Part shown: positions 12,384-25,049 of the stretch, in pieces
How the letters are laid out: each line of letters starts with the position of its first letter
Numbering within the stretch: the first letter of the stretch is position 1
From: an uncultured Acidimicrobiia bacterium
GTDB lineage: Bacteria > Acidobacteriota > Terriglobia > Versatilivoradales > Versatilivoraceae
Reading direction: 5' to 3'
NCBI GenBank assembly: GCA_963786955.1
Contig: CAWBAT010000005.1
Span: 832,001-896,000, forward strand
Length of the DNA: 64,000 bases
Notes under the pieces: generated by a model
Database searches by the model: none
The model's input: the letters and a program-made list of their open reading frames with translations, nothing else
Told to the model about the DNA's origin: nothing
Position numbers and translations under genes: made by a program

Positions 12384-12491
12384 TTGAAAAAAGCCAAGAA
12401 ATCAGGCGACTGCGGGAAAATCGTATGCCGTGCCTGTGGCGCACGACTCGAAGTGGTCGTCCATTTCAACGGTAAAATCGTATGGCCGTGA
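12384..12491 (+). CDS. 35-aa small Cys-containing protein (not in ORF track)
   Basis: GGAGGT 6 nt before TTG; MKKAKKSGDCGKIVCRACGARLEVVVHFNGKIVWP*. Confidence 0.5.
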   Translation: MKKAKKSGDCGKIVCRACGARLEVVVHFNGKIVWP

Positions 12492-12680
12492 ATCCCGGAA
12501 ATCCTGATTTCAGCGGAGAACAACCTGTTCTGAGGGGGGAAACTAAGACGGATTCGAGTAGTGTGCAGCGCTGACGTACTGCACGAGTCGGGTTACAGTT
12601 GTGTCGATGGAGTACTCGTTGAAAAGTAATGCTGCTGCGTTGCGGAGGTTCAATGCTCCAGCATTGTTCTTTAATACGCC

Positions 12681-13430
12681 TCAGTCGAATCTCGCCCCAA
12701 TGAGTCGTTTCCCGGAAGATTCATTCTGCATCCGAACCACTTTTGCCTTCATCACGGAGTCGGCTTCAAAGGGGCTACTGGACATGAATCTTCAAGGTAA
12801 GATGCGAATCCATCCAGATGGGGGTTTTCAGGTAAAAAGAAATGCCACTTTCACTGATGTCAAGGGTCTGGGCCTCTTCCTGAAACGGGCTTCCTATCAG
12901 ATCATTCCCTATCGACAAGAATTTGGGATTGCTCTACTTCTCGGGGAGCTCTTCCTCGAGACTGCTTTGCCATTTTTCAACCCCTTCTAAACAACTGTTC
13001 ACTTTCTCTATGATACCATCAGAACTTTCATGAGCGCTAGCATGGTTCACCCAAACAAAGACGAGACTTGCGAATCCCAGTGGCAAACGGTCCAAGACTT
13101 TATATAGGAAAACAAAAGAAGGGAGAACATCCATTGATGAGGCCAGCCCGGAGAGGGTCAGCCCCATCAATGTCAAGGAGAGAAGGCGCTGCGAGACGCC
13201 GTTCCAGACCTGAATGATCATCAGAGAGGCAAGTTTGGTGCCAATCCGGATGCAATTCTGATACCAGGAGAATCAATCGCAAATGCTTTCTTCCGGTTGG
13301 ACTGATGGGAAAGAATTTTCTTCTCAATGGCAGGGGAGTACTCAGCAGCTGCTCTAAACTGAGAAGACGGGGAAATGGGTATGTCGTTCACAAGACCAGC
13401 ATCACGGAACTGGCGGAACCAGTTGGACAT
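12681..13430 (-). CDS. Hypothetical protein with C-terminal PilZ domain, frameshifted
   Basis: Manual minus-strand reading 12681-12950: R...R..., GNDLIGSPFQEEAQTLDISESGISF (DxSxxG), KAKVVR...IGARFD*. Confidence 0.65.
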
Positions 13431-15112
13431 TATGTTCCGTCACAATTGAAGAGTCAATGATGGATGAATTGGGAGCAGATTTTATCAATCTAAGCGAGCC
13501 GCAAGAATTAAACTCATCGATCACTCGAATTTCATTGTTCCCTTCGCTGGCACCTCGGAACCAGGGCTCAAAGTTATTCCAAAACTCCTGTGTCGATAGC
13601 AATACAAATTCATGTTCGGATTCGAGCTGTCGGCTTAGATTGGCCTTAAATTCTCGATGGGCGGCATTATCAATCCACCATTGGTGTGGTAGGAGCACAA
13701 ACCGCCGCACAGGTCTCTGTTTCAGATAGAAGCTGCGTAGCGGGGCGGAAAGATAATCAAACAGTATCGAATTCCTCTCGTAATTGAGCTCATTGGATTC
13801 GATGAAGGGTGACTGAAAAAGGACGAGGGGCCCTTCAAAACTGGGCTGCTGCAATTTTTCAAGCGATTCCCTCCACTCGCTGCCGCCTGGCACCCCCTGA
13901 GAGAATTCTTTCTTCTGGAAAAAAAAACTAGCTGGCTCCAGTAGGGTATAAATGACCAGATAGAGCCACAAGAAAACTCTGCCTAAGGAATGATCGAAGA
14001 GAGTTAAGGCTATCGACGGGAGCAGAAGATAAGCAGGGAGAGAAGATAATATCAAATATCTTTCAACAAAAAGGTTTAGACCATTAAAGTAAAAAATCAG
14101 ATAGAAGAGAATTGGCGGAATAAAATACCAAGATGAATAACAAACAGAGAGGCTCAGTCCAATGAGAAGGTTCCGGCTTTGTTGGGCCGTGGTTCAGAAG
14201 ATTCCCCTTCTTAAAGACCCGAAAAAGCCACTGAACAGCCCAAAGCAGGAGGGCTATGCCAATGGCCCACTCTAAGGCTCTCAAGTTCAGGAACATCAAG
14301 GAATCGATGATTCTTGGCCTTCTCCTCTCCCAGTTTAAGCTCTGCCTGTATTGAACGACTCTCCAGAGTGGCGAAAGGAGAGGAAGCAGGAGCACCCCGA
14401 GCCAAACCTGCAAAGTCGCCCACGACCGGATGCTGCGTCGTGGGCTGGAACGAACACTTAAAGGAAGAGAATAGCGCAAGAAAACATGGACTGTCTGGAT
14501 GAATGGCAAGAGCATGAAAATATAGTGGGTATAGACGAGTAGGCTGGTCGCCACAAGGTAGCCTAGTGGATACTTGAGTTTGTCTCCTTTCAGCCATCCA
14601 AGAAATGAGATCATTGAAAGGGAACTCAGGAATAGGCACAACGCATAGGGCCGGGCGTTTTGGGCATAGACGATTTGCATCGAATTGACCGCACACAGTA
14701 AGGCCGCATAAAAGCCCACTTCGGCATTGAGTAGGCGCTTCCCAATTTCAAAAATACAGTAAACTGTCAGCAAGCTCGCAAGGGCGGAGAGCAAACGCAA
14801 AGAGACTTCTCCCGGGGTGAAGAACCCAAAGACAGCCTTATTCAATATGAAATAGAGCGGAGGCATGGGTTGAGGAATTTCGAAGCAGAGTTTCATCAAG
14901 GTCGGTATAGGAGTCCGTTGAGACGATCATCAAAGTCACGAATTCATCTGACCATAAACCGTATCCGTCAAGATGGTAGAAACGGAGAATTCCTGCGAGC
15001 AACAGGACGTCGCCTAGCCCGATCCATAGGACGGTCCTGGAAACTGGGCTTTCGTTCGAGCGGTGGGAAGATGGTATTTGCGCTGGCTGGCAACGGGAAT
15101 CACGTCCGACAT
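13402..15112 (-). CDS. GT-C membrane glycosyltransferase (GT39/ArnT-like), frameshifted
   Basis: PPLYF, EVSLRLLS, YAQNARPYAL, YTHY; multiple TM segments. Confidence 0.8.
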
Positions 15113-15319
15113 TGTGGTCGAATTATAACACACGCCAAAGGCTTGATTCGTTTCTCCGAGAAGCATTCCTGGGCCGAGCGGGAATAACTTTTTGTCCAAC
15201 TCCAAATGCCTGACTGAGCGCCTTAGGTTAGCCTTGCGTTCGCTTTTCGAGGCATGGGATACTTTCCTATCGTAGTGAGCCCGATCCCAATCCAATCATT
15301 TAACCTGAGGAGGACAAAG

Positions 15320-16343
15320 ATGGAACGCCAAAAGACCAGGCGAGAATTTCTTCAGACTTCGATGATGAGTACCGCAGGCCTGGCAATGGGGAAAACCCTG
15401 TTCACTCAAGCCGGGGATTCAGCCACCGGCATTCCTACTCGTCCACTAGGCAAAACCGGGGTTTCCTTATCCATCCTGGGTTTAGGAGGATGGCACATCG
15501 GCGCCGTTCAAGAGAAGGCTGAAGCCATTCGAATCATGCATGCGGCCATTGATGAAGGGAATCACTTTCTTTGATAATGCCTGGGATTACCATGATGGCC
15601 GCAGTGAAGAGTGGATGGGAGATGCGTTAGCCTTCGAGGGCAAGCGAAAGAAGGTCTTCCTCATGACCAAGAATTGCGAAAGAGACTATGCCGGATCGAT
15701 GCGAGATCTGGAAGATAGTCTGCGACGTTTGAAGACCGACCACCTCGACTTATGGCAATTTCATGAGATTGTTTACGACAATGATCCCGACTGGGTGTTC
15801 GAAAAAGGCGGGTTGAAAGCCGCTCTGGAAGCACAAAAGGCGGGTAAGGTACGTTTCATTGGGTTTACCGGACATAAAGATCCGCGAATTCATCTCAAAA
15901 TGCTGAATAAGCCATTTGATTGGGATACAGCGCAGATGCCAATCAATGTAATGGATGCACTGTACCGTAGTTTCCAGAACGAGGTCGTGCCGGTCTGTCT
16001 GGCCCGGCAGATCGGGGTCTTGGGAATGAAGAGTCTAGCGGGGGGCTTTCCCAGAGGTCGGATTCCGAGTCAAGCGGGTGTCTCTGCGGTGGATTGTATC
16101 CGCTTTGCACTCACTCGGCCAGTGTCCAGCTTGGTCGTCGGAATCACATCCATGGAAGATCTTCAGCAGGATATCGCGATTGCCCGAAATTTCAAACCCA
16201 TGCCCGAAGCCGATCAGGTGACGATCTTGACAAAGATTCGAGAAGAGGCGAGTGACGGCCGTCATGAGTTATTTAAATCCACAAAAATGTTTGACGGGCC
16301 ATTTCATCGCAAGCAGCATGGATTTGCAGTGGGTGCTGCCTGA
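15320..16343 (+). CDS. Tat-exported aldo/keto reductase, one frameshift
   Basis: TRREFLQ Tat motif; RPLGKTG, FFDNAWDY, SLRRLKTDHLDL, GKVRFIGFTGH. Confidence 0.9.
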
Positions 16344-16623
16344 GCCCTTAATACGAGGGCGGGCATTTCATCTGACGGGCTCGTTCTATCCCGTAAAGAA
16401 ACTGCCTTCCGGCATGGGGTGGGAAGGATCGCTCTCCCGCAGGAGATGCTGAATGGTCTGGACTTATTTATCAGACCCCGAGAAGAAATTTGCAGACAAG
16501 GACACGGCAAATGTTTCGTACGGGATTGTCTGCACGGGTGTTATTCCGTTGGGCCCTGGTTGACCTCTGCGACTGACTGCGTGACAAGCAGTAAAATGGC
16601 GTGTTATATTGCTTTCCTTTGCA

Positions 16624-16700
16624 GGGCCCATAGCTCAGTTGGTTAGAGCCCCCGGCTCATAACCGGGTCGTCCTAGGTTCGAGTCCTAGTGGGCCCACCA
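16624..16700 (+). tRNA. tRNA with CAU anticodon, most likely tRNA-Ile2 (lysidine-modified)
   Basis: Cloverleaf GGGCCCA/TGGGCCC acceptor, TAGCTCAG D-arm, CTCATAA loop, TTCGA T-loop, encoded CCA; G1-C72 pair excludes initiator; C4:G69 and C5:G68 fit TilS substrates. Confidence 0.93.
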
Positions 16701-16722
16701 CTTCAGCCAAGAATCGATCTTC

Positions 16723-17450
16723 ATGCATCCAGAAGTCGAAAAACTGCTGCGTCTCCAGAATACTGAGTTACAAATCAAACACTATACGGAACGCGTTGAA
16801 TGCCTTCCAAAGAGGCTTTCCGAGTTGGAAACCAAGTTAAATGAAGCTCTCAAAGCAGTCAATAGCGTCAAAGATCGCATCTCAAAAATGGCGTTGGAGA
16901 AGAAGAAGTTGGAGTCGAGTATTCAGGATCTGGAGCAAAAGAACTCGAAATACCGGGGACAGCTCACGGATGTAAAAACAAACGAGCAATATAAGGCCCT
17001 TCTTCATGAGATTGAGTTTAATGAGCAGCAGATCAAAAAGATTGAGGACGATATTCTGGTGCTTATGGAAGAAGAGGAATTGCTTCGGCAGGAAACTCGA
17101 TCAAGGAGGAAACCCTAAAAGGAGAAGTGGACCTGGTTGAAGCGGAGAAGAAGTCGGCCGAAGCGAAGTCCGACAGGACAAGTTGGCATTGGTCACGCTC
17201 GAAGAGCAGAGACAAGCCATTCTTCAATCCATCGAAAAGAGTATCCTCGAAACCTATGTCCGTATCAGCAGTTTTCGAAAAGGGATATGCTCTCGCCAGA
17301 GCCTACCAGGAATCCTGCCAAGCTTGCCATGTCCGGATCCGGCCTCAGTTATTAAGCCACATCATGACCGGGGACTCCATTATCACATGTGACAGTTGCA
17401 GCCGGATTCTCTACTGGCAGCCGGATGCTCCTTACGAGATTGCTCAGTAG
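16723..17450 (+). CDS. Coiled-coil protein with C4 zinc ribbon (DUF164-type), frameshifted
   Basis: VKTNEQYKALLHEIE coiled coil; CQACH...CDSCSRILY. Confidence 0.85.
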
Positions 17451-17490
17451 CTAGTCCATTCGTCTTGACGGATAACGGAAGTATCTTCTC

Positions 17491-17968
17491 ATGAAATCGT
17501 GCATTGCTTATATTGATGGCGGATCTCGTGGCAACCCCGGAGCCGCCGGATACGGAGTGAATGCTTGATGAACACAGACACTGCCTGGCGGAAATCTCGG
17601 AGTTCCTCGGAATCCAAACTAACAACTACGCCGAATACAGTGCTTTAATTGGGGCTCTCCGCTATGCCGTGACCCATCAGTTTGATGCCTTCGAGATCTA
17701 TGCGGATTCCGAACTGCTTGTCCGACAAATTAAAGGGGAGTACAAAGTCAGAAACGTAAACCTGAAGAGGCTTTTTGATCAGGCACAACCACTGATTCAT
17801 AGTCTGAAACAATTCTCCATTCAACACATCCCCCGAGAGGAAAACCAAGAGGCGGATCGGTTGGCCAATTTGGCCATGGACAGAGCAGGATCATATAAAA
17901 ACGGAAACTCCGCTTCAAATCAAGACCGTCCGGGCCGTATTTCCGGTCCGGTTGCTTCCACCCTTTAG
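17491..17968 (+). CDS. rnhA: Ribonuclease HI, frameshift near the start
   Basis: YIDGGSRGNPG, TNNYAEY, DSELLVRQ, PREENQEADRLAN. Confidence 0.9.
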
Positions 17969-17999
17969 ATCCCCTGAACTTACCCGATGGAGCAGAGTT

Positions 18000-18857
18000 T
18001 CAGTTGACGATCGAACCCCTGAAAAAGAGGTTTGCGGGATTGAGCGGTAAATGAGGTTCATTTACCCGACAGAATTCCACAGCTCTTGTCGTCTCCATCC
18101 CGAGAGTATCGGCGGCGAGTTGATAGAACAATTGGAGGCCTTCTAAGTTTTCTTGGTCAAGGGTGTAGTTAATGTTTTCGGTCAGGTAGCGGTGAAGCTG
18201 ATAGACAGGAAGGTGCAACGTTTGTGACTGTTGTTGAACAATCTCGTCAAGGTGGGTCTCCCCGTATGCGAGGGATTGTTGAAATACCGAAGGGTCAGCA
18301 AGATTGACTCCTGAACGAACACCCCAGAACGCAAAGACAAAAGGCTTCCCGGTCAGCGTCTTCCATTCTTCCGCTAGGTCATAGCGATAGTGATCATCGA
18401 CGACTGCTCTAAGGGCGGTGTCTCCAATGATTAACGCCGCATCCGAATGGTTTAACATGGCATCAATCTCCGGTTCGCAAGAACGCAGCGTCGGTATGTG
18501 TCCTGGTATTTCAGCGCCAGCAGGATGCGAAGGAGAACGATGGAAGTCCTGGATGAGTTGTCAATTGCCAAAGTCTGAATCCTCTCGGCCGGGACTTTAC
18601 TGACCAATAGGACACTTTGAACCTGTCGTTTTGAAGCAATCGAAAGTCCCGAGATCACTTTTACGCCGCGGATTCGTTGATACTCGATCGAAGGAATCAA
18701 TCCAATGTCCACTGAACCATCCGCCAGCAAATCCGCACAACGGGAAGGGGATGAGAAATCCAAATCAAAAAATACCTCTTTGCCGGCCATGCACAAACCC
18801 CCAGGCAAGAGGTAACGAGTTGAGATAATATACGATAGAAACTCTCAGTCGATTCAT
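18000..18857 (-). CDS. mqnA: Chorismate dehydratase (futalosine menaquinone pathway), frameshifted
   Basis: VSYLNSLPL, DIGLIPSIEY, SSRTS, AALIIGDTAL, DLAEEWKTLTGKPFVFAFW. Confidence 0.9.
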
Positions 18858-19063
18858 GATGGTATTCTAGCGTTTTCTTCTGCGGGAACCAAGGAGGGCG
18901 ATTGGGTAGCACCTCTGGAAGCGTCTATTTCCGCTTAACTTTTATTTGCGAGACGACCATCCCAGTGACTTTTTCCAGGTAATTGTTGCAGAATGATGCA
19001 GTCAGACCCTGCCGACAATTGTCCGCAGAATTAAGGGATTTTTATTCATCGGAGGAACTCAGA

Positions 19064-20689
19064 GTGATCTGGTATCAAAACTATGACCCGCTCCATTCTT
19101 GGCCTGTATCGACCTTAGTGTCTGCTCTCCCGGTATTGACGCTATTCTTCGTGATGCTGGTCTTGAAAAAACGAGTCTGGGTCTCTGCCCTGAGCGGCCT
19201 TACCGTATCGTTCCTGCTGGCGAGCACAGTGTTTCACATGCCCGGACAACTGATCGCCAATGCTTCCTTTCTGGGAATCGTATTCGGCATGTTACAAATC
19301 GGATGGATCATCGTGGCGTCGATATTTCTTTACAATATCGCGGTTGAGACCGGCCAGTTTCAAGTCATGAAGGAGTCGATTGCCGCCTTGTCCTCGGATT
19401 CCCGCATTCAAGTGATGCTCATTGCGTTTTGCTTTGGAGCATTTCTTGAAGGAACCGGAGGAGGAGGAGCCCCCGTGGCGATTGCAGGCGCTTTCTTGAT
19501 TGGACTGGGATTCCCTCCTTTTCAGGCTGCGGTTCTCTGTCTTCTGGCGAACACAGCTCCAGTTGCTTGGGGAGCCGTCGGGAACCCAATCCGAGTGCTC
19601 ACGGGAGTCACGGGAATTCCCGAGCACCTGCTCAACTCGATGGTTGGCCGCATTCTCCCCTTCTTCTCCTTTATCATTCCGTTGTGGCTGGTTAGAACCT
19701 TGGTGGACTGGAAGAGAGACCCGCGAAGTACTGCCCGCTATCCTTGTCTGTGGTGGGTCCTTTGCGCTGATGCAATTCTATTGGTCAAACTTCATGGAAA
19801 CCGGGCTGGTGGATATTGTTTCAGCCATCTTCTCTCTGTTAGTTATGGTCGTTTTTCTGAAGTTCTGGAAGCCAGCCTCGATCCTGGAAATCAGTTCCAG
19901 CAGACGAAAAATACAGCCATCCCCGGCACACCCTCGGCGTCATTTTCAAGGGTTGGTCACCCTTTATTCTCGCTTCGGTCTTCATCTTTATCTGGGGCCT
20001 CCCAGCCTTGAATAAGCACCTCAAGTTTTCCTTCCTCTCATTTCCCTTGGTGGGACTCCACAATCAGGTATATCAGGGTGCCACCGGTCTCTCCTCAACC
20101 CAGCCCGGAAGCAGCGTTGATGGACCTCAATATCTTTGGCATGCCGGGAACCGCCGTCTTAATAGGAGCATTCATTGCCGCCATACTCCTGGGGCTTCCG
20201 TTCAGGAAGATAGGCCAAATTTTCTTCCAGACCTTGGTTCAATTGGTCCCCTCGATGTTGGCTATATCTTTCATGGTCGGGTTGGCCTTCGTCACTCGGT
20301 ATTCAGGGATGGATACTGTCCTGGGTCTCAGCTTGACGCGCACCGGGTGGGTATACCCCTTCTTTGGGACACTCCTCGGATGGTTAGGCGTGGGCTTGAC
20401 GGGAACCGATGCCGGCTCGAACGCCCTTTTTGGCAACTTGCAGAAAGTCACAGCGGAACAGTTAAACCTTAGCCCCGTTCTCATGGCATCAGCCAATACG
20501 ACGGGGGGAGTGATGGGGAAAATGATTGCTGCGCAGAGTATTGTGGTTTCCAGCGCGGCCACTCATCAGGAAGGAAATGAACCTGCTATTTTCAAGGCTG
20601 TTTTCAAACACAGCGTCCTCCTGGCAAGCCTGGTAGGACTCCTGGTCATGCTTTATGCTTATGTCTTCACCGGTGCGGTGCCTCGATAG
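19064..20689 (+). CDS. lctP: L-lactate permease, frameshifted
   Basis: WYQNYDPL, FGAFLEG, ANTAPVAWGAVG, GTDAGSNALFG, GKMIAAQSI. Confidence 0.9.
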
Positions 20690-20782
20690 CCTGGATGTCT
20701 CTTTCTCAAAGATCCGGGGCGCTTCTTTAATTTTCCTGTATAATAAGGGGGCATCTCTAAGAGGATGCCAGGGAGAAAATAA

Positions 20783-22031
20783 ATGTCTTATCGAAATAAA
20801 TTTCTTTTAATTTTGCTGTCGAGTGCAATTGTTTTTTATGCCGTCGTCGGTGGCATGCTCGGGAGAGTCTCCGACAAAGACGGATCCTATTCCCAAATTT
20901 CCGTGTTTACTGAGGTCCTTTACAAAGTTCGGAGTAGTTACGTTGAAGATCCAAACATTACAGAAGTCATGCATGGTGCCTTACGAGGGTTGTTGGAGTC
21001 TCTGGATCCTTACAGTACCTATCTCAGCCCCGATGAATATTCCCACTATAAGAAACATAAATCAAATGGGAATGGAGATGTTGGATTGGAGCTTTCGAAA
21101 GAAAAGATGTTGGGCTATGTCTACGTAATTCACCCAATCGAGGGCGGGCCGGCAGACAAGTCCGGCGTCAAGGCAGGAGATATCATCGAATCCATCGAAG
21201 ATGTTTCCACGCGAGACATCAGTTTGGTTCAGGCGGAGTATTTACTGACAGGAAATGAAGGGTCGCCGGTCAAACTGAAAATCATCCGTCGCGGACACAC
21301 AGATCCCCTTGAACTCAAGCGTAACCCGCGAACCATTAAAGGTCCCACCGGTAAAGGCTCAATTGGTGGACAATAAAATTGGTTATCTCAAGGTGTATCG
21401 CATTACCCCTGGCATTAGTGAAGAGATTCATTCGAAACTGCTCCAGTTAACCAAGAGTGGGGCGAGCAAGATCATTCTCGATCTCAGAAATTGTGCGGGG
21501 GATGAGTATGAAGAGGGTGTGAAATTAGCCAATCTATTTCTGGATCATGGCGTCATCACATACACCCAGGGTCAGAAGTCTCCCAAGAAGGAGTTCGTCG
21601 CCGACCCGGCCAAAGCAGCCACAAAATTGCCGTTGGTCGTATTGCAAAATTACGGAAGTGCTTCAGCCGCTGAAATTGTATCAGCGGCCATCAAGGAAAA
21701 TCGCCGGGGAGAACTCGTGGGGGTTAGAACCTTTGGAAAAGCCTCTCTGCAAAAGTTGATCCCTCTGGACGGTGATTCAGCCATTTTGCTTTCTACCGCA
21801 AAATTCTATTCTCAGTCAGGCAAAGTAATCCAAGGGAATGGGATTACCCCGGATTTTGAAGTCAAGGATGGATTGGATACGTTGCAAGGAGAAGGAGACT
21901 TACCCGAAGAAGACGAGAATACGAATCCCGAATCACCTGGAGTCAATAAGTCTAATCAGGAAGATTTGCAGCTTAAGAAAGCGATTGAAATCCTCAACAA
22001 GCCTGCCTCTGAAAAGCAGAAAGCCGCTTGA
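20783..22031 (+). CDS. ctpA: S41 carboxyl-terminal protease with PDZ domain, one frameshift
   Basis: LDPYSTYL, PDZ, ILDLRN, SASAAEI, TFGK. Confidence 0.9.
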
Positions 22032-22063
22032 GGCATTCCGAAATCCCGCGAACATCCCAATAA

Positions 22064-22089
22064 AGGGCAGCTTAAAGCTGCCTTTTTTT
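22064..22089 (+). terminator. Rho-independent terminator after ctpA
   Basis: GGCAGC-TTAAA-GCTGCC followed by T7. Confidence 0.8.
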
Positions 22090-22140
22090 GTGCGTCATAG
22101 TTGATTGAATAGAGCCGAATACAACCTACAGTGTTGAATC

Positions 22141-24059
22141 ATGTTTATTAATTTAAACCAAATCAAAAAAAGCTTTGGCAGCAAGATGGTGCTTCAAGAC
22201 GTCAGTTTTCAGTTAAACGCTGGAGATAAGATTGGCCTGGTTGGACGTAATGGGAGTGGCAAAACCACCCTCTTTCGGTTGATGCAAGGCAGTTTGGAAC
22301 CCGATAACGGCCAAATCACGAAATTGTCGCAGTTACGTGTCGGACTCATGCAGCAGATTGCTGAAGTGGATCCGAATCAAACTATTTTTGAATCCGCCGT
22401 ATCGGTATTTGCCGACCTCGAGCAAATGGCTAATGAGATTGCCTTGTTAGAGTCTGAAATTGAATTCAAAGCACAGAATCCAGACCTCAATTCCTTACTG
22501 GATCGCTATGGACAATTGCAGACGCGATGGGAACTGGCGGGAGGGTATACTTACGAAGCACGAACCAAGTCCGTCCTCGCTGGGCTGGGATTTGATGAGG
22601 AAATCGCTAGGGAAAAAAACTCATTTGCTGAGCGGCGGGGAGCGGAACCGGCTCAACTTGGGAAAACTACTCCTTACCGAACCCAATCTCCTTCTTCTAG
22701 ATGAGCCGACCAATCATCTCGATATTGACGCAGTCCGTTGGCTCGAAAATTTCCTGAGGGACTACCCGAGTGCTTTCATCGTGGTATCACACGATCGCTA
22801 TTTTCTGGATGGAACCGTACATAAAATCCTGGAAATCACGGAAGGCAAAATTGAAGAATATCCAGGGAATTATTCGAGTTATGTTCTGGAGCGGGAAATA
22901 CGCCAGGCCCAGCGTCAGAAGGCGTATGAGGAACAACAGGCTTTCATTGAGAAGACGGAAGACTTTATTCGCCGGAACATCGCTGGGCAGAAAACTAAGC
23001 AGGCAAAGTCCCGACGTAAAATGTTGGAGAAATTAGAGCGAGTGGAGAATGCCTTGTCCCGCCAGCCGTCTGCGCTATTTAAATTTGGGATTAGTAACCC
23101 CAGCGGAGATCTGGTCCTCAAGTTTTCTAAAGTAAGCCTCGGGTATGACGAAAGACCGCTTGTCAAAGAGATTCACTTGAGCCTCTATCGCGGCCAGGCT
23201 CTAGGTATCATCGGCCCTAACGGATCGGGGAAGACCACATTCCTCAAGGCGATTACCGGTGAGTTGTCGCCACTCAAAGGAAAAATTCAAGTGGGACAGA
23301 GAGTCGATCTAGCCTATTATGAGCAGCAACTTTCCAACCTAGATTCCGGCTTGACCGTGTTAGAACAGATGCGATCCGTTGCTCCTCTCGCCACGGAGGA
23401 AACCCTGCGAAGTTATCTGGCAAGGTTTCTGTTTCGACGTGATGAAATCTTTCATTTAACCGGGTCGCTCAGTGGGGGTGAGAAAAGTCGGCTGGCTCTA
23501 GCAAAATTAATTCATGGAAAAGCCAATACTTTGGTGCTGGATGAGCCCACTAACCACCTGGACATTCCCTTCTTGCGAGGCTCTGGAAGAAGCTCTCCTG
23601 GAGTACCCCGGCACTTTGATCATTGTCTCCCACGACCGCTATTTGATTAATAAACTGGCCGACCAAATCCTCTATTTTGACGGGGAAGGAAATTGTTTTC
23701 ACCATGACGGCGGATATGAGGATTTTGAGCGTTATCGTGCCGCCCAGAATCTCTTAAGTCCAGAACAAGAAAACATTCCCAAAGTGATTCCAACCGCTGC
23801 GAAATCAATAAAACCGGACAGTAGCGGAATGAGCAAGAATGAAGCCTCTAAAATCAAGAATCGTTGTGACTTTCTGGAAAATGAGATCCATCGGCTTGAA
23901 GCCCTTCTAGAAACCAGCCGTAACGAATTGGGCCGCCCAGACATCGCCAAAGACTATCAGCAATTCAAACAACTCTCTGACCTTCACGAGGAAATCTCCT
24001 CGTCGCTGGACCAGCTTTATTCCGAATGGGAGAAAAACCTGGCATTGCTGGGGAACTAA
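22141..24059 (+). CDS. ABC-F family ATPase, two frameshifts
   Basis: Two ABC domains (GRNGSGKT, GPNGSGKT), LSGGE, LDEPTNHLD, VSHDRY; no TM segments. Confidence 0.92.
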
Positions 24060-24233
24060 CCTGGGGCAATTTGAGAAATTACTGACCACGGCAACAAAGA
24101 TCAAAGTGTCTTGTGAGGTCATCCCAAATTCCGGCATCTCCTATAGGAAAATTTTCTATCTTCAAGTATTTTTGATGGTTTGTGCTAGAGAAGTTAGCCC
24201 GGAAGTTTTAGTATTTTAGGAAGCGCCAAAACC

Positions 24234-24821
24234 ATGCCTCAGCAAACAGCTCTTTTATCTCGTTTGGAGTGTTACCCGGTAACGGTTTCGCGTTGGCCTC
24301 ATCTGGAAGGGCTCTTCGGCGAGCGTGGAGCTTGTGGGGGCTGCTGGTGCATGGCTTGGCGTCTACCAACAGGGGAGTTTCGCGCGGGAAAAGGCGACAA
24401 GAACAAACAGGCTTTGTGGAAGCTTGTGACATCGGGAGAAAAGCCTGGAATCCTAGGCTATCTGGGAAAGGAACCAGTCGCGTGGTGTTCCCTAGCGCCC
24501 CGGAAAAAGTTTGTATTCCTCTCAAACTCACGAGTTCTCAAACCCTTGGATGATCAGGCTGTTTGGTCAATCTCATGTTTGTTTGTCAAGAATTCCTATC
24601 GGCGAAAAGGAATTTCGGTACAGATGTTGCGAAACGCAATCCAGTTCGCATCAAAGCAAGGCGCTCAAGTCGTTGAGGGTTATCCCATCGAGCCAACGAT
24701 AATCAAAACACCTGATCCTTTTGTCTGGACCGGAGTCCCTTCAGCGTTTCGAGCAGCGGGATTCAAAGAAGTGGCCCGTCGCTCGAAGTCGCGACCTGTC
24801 ATGCGTTTTCAAATTGTTTAG
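24234..24821 (+). CDS. GNAT acetyltransferase
   Basis: GACGGCWCM, VAWCSLAPR, CLFVKNSYRRKG, VEGYP, AGF. Confidence 0.85.
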   Translation: MPQQTALLSRLECYPVTVSRWPHLEGLFGERGACGGCWCMAWRLPTGEFRAGKGDKNKQALWKLVTSGEKPGILGYLGKEPVAWCSLAPRKKFVFLSNSRVLKPLDDQAVWSISCLFVKNSYRRKGISVQMLRNAIQFASKQGAQVVEGYPIEPTIIKTPDPFVWTGVPSAFRAAGFKEVARRSKSRPVMRFQIV

Positions 24822-25049
24822 CCCAGCAAGTAACCGCGGATAAAGCGATTTCTACTGAAAACCCCAGCAGCGTATGTGTCAAAGATGTGCGGTCCATTTG
24901 ATTCCTGAAATCGTCCAGTGAAGTCGGGATTCGAGGCTTCGGTCGTCTTACTTCTGACCAGTTTTGGGGCGGTGTTTTTCGTCTCATTCAGTTCACGAAG
25001 AACGGTCGCTTGATCATCCCGATTGGCCATTGCCGGGAGTTGCCACAAA

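Noticed and set aside
16624-16700. tRNA-Met call and tRNA-anchored genomic island
   Set aside because: The acceptor stem fits Ile2 better; no integrase or duplicated tRNA 3' end was seen.
17137-17450. CQACH as a c-type heme site
   Set aside because: Part of a cytoplasmic C4 zinc ribbon (paired with CDSC) and lacks an export signal.
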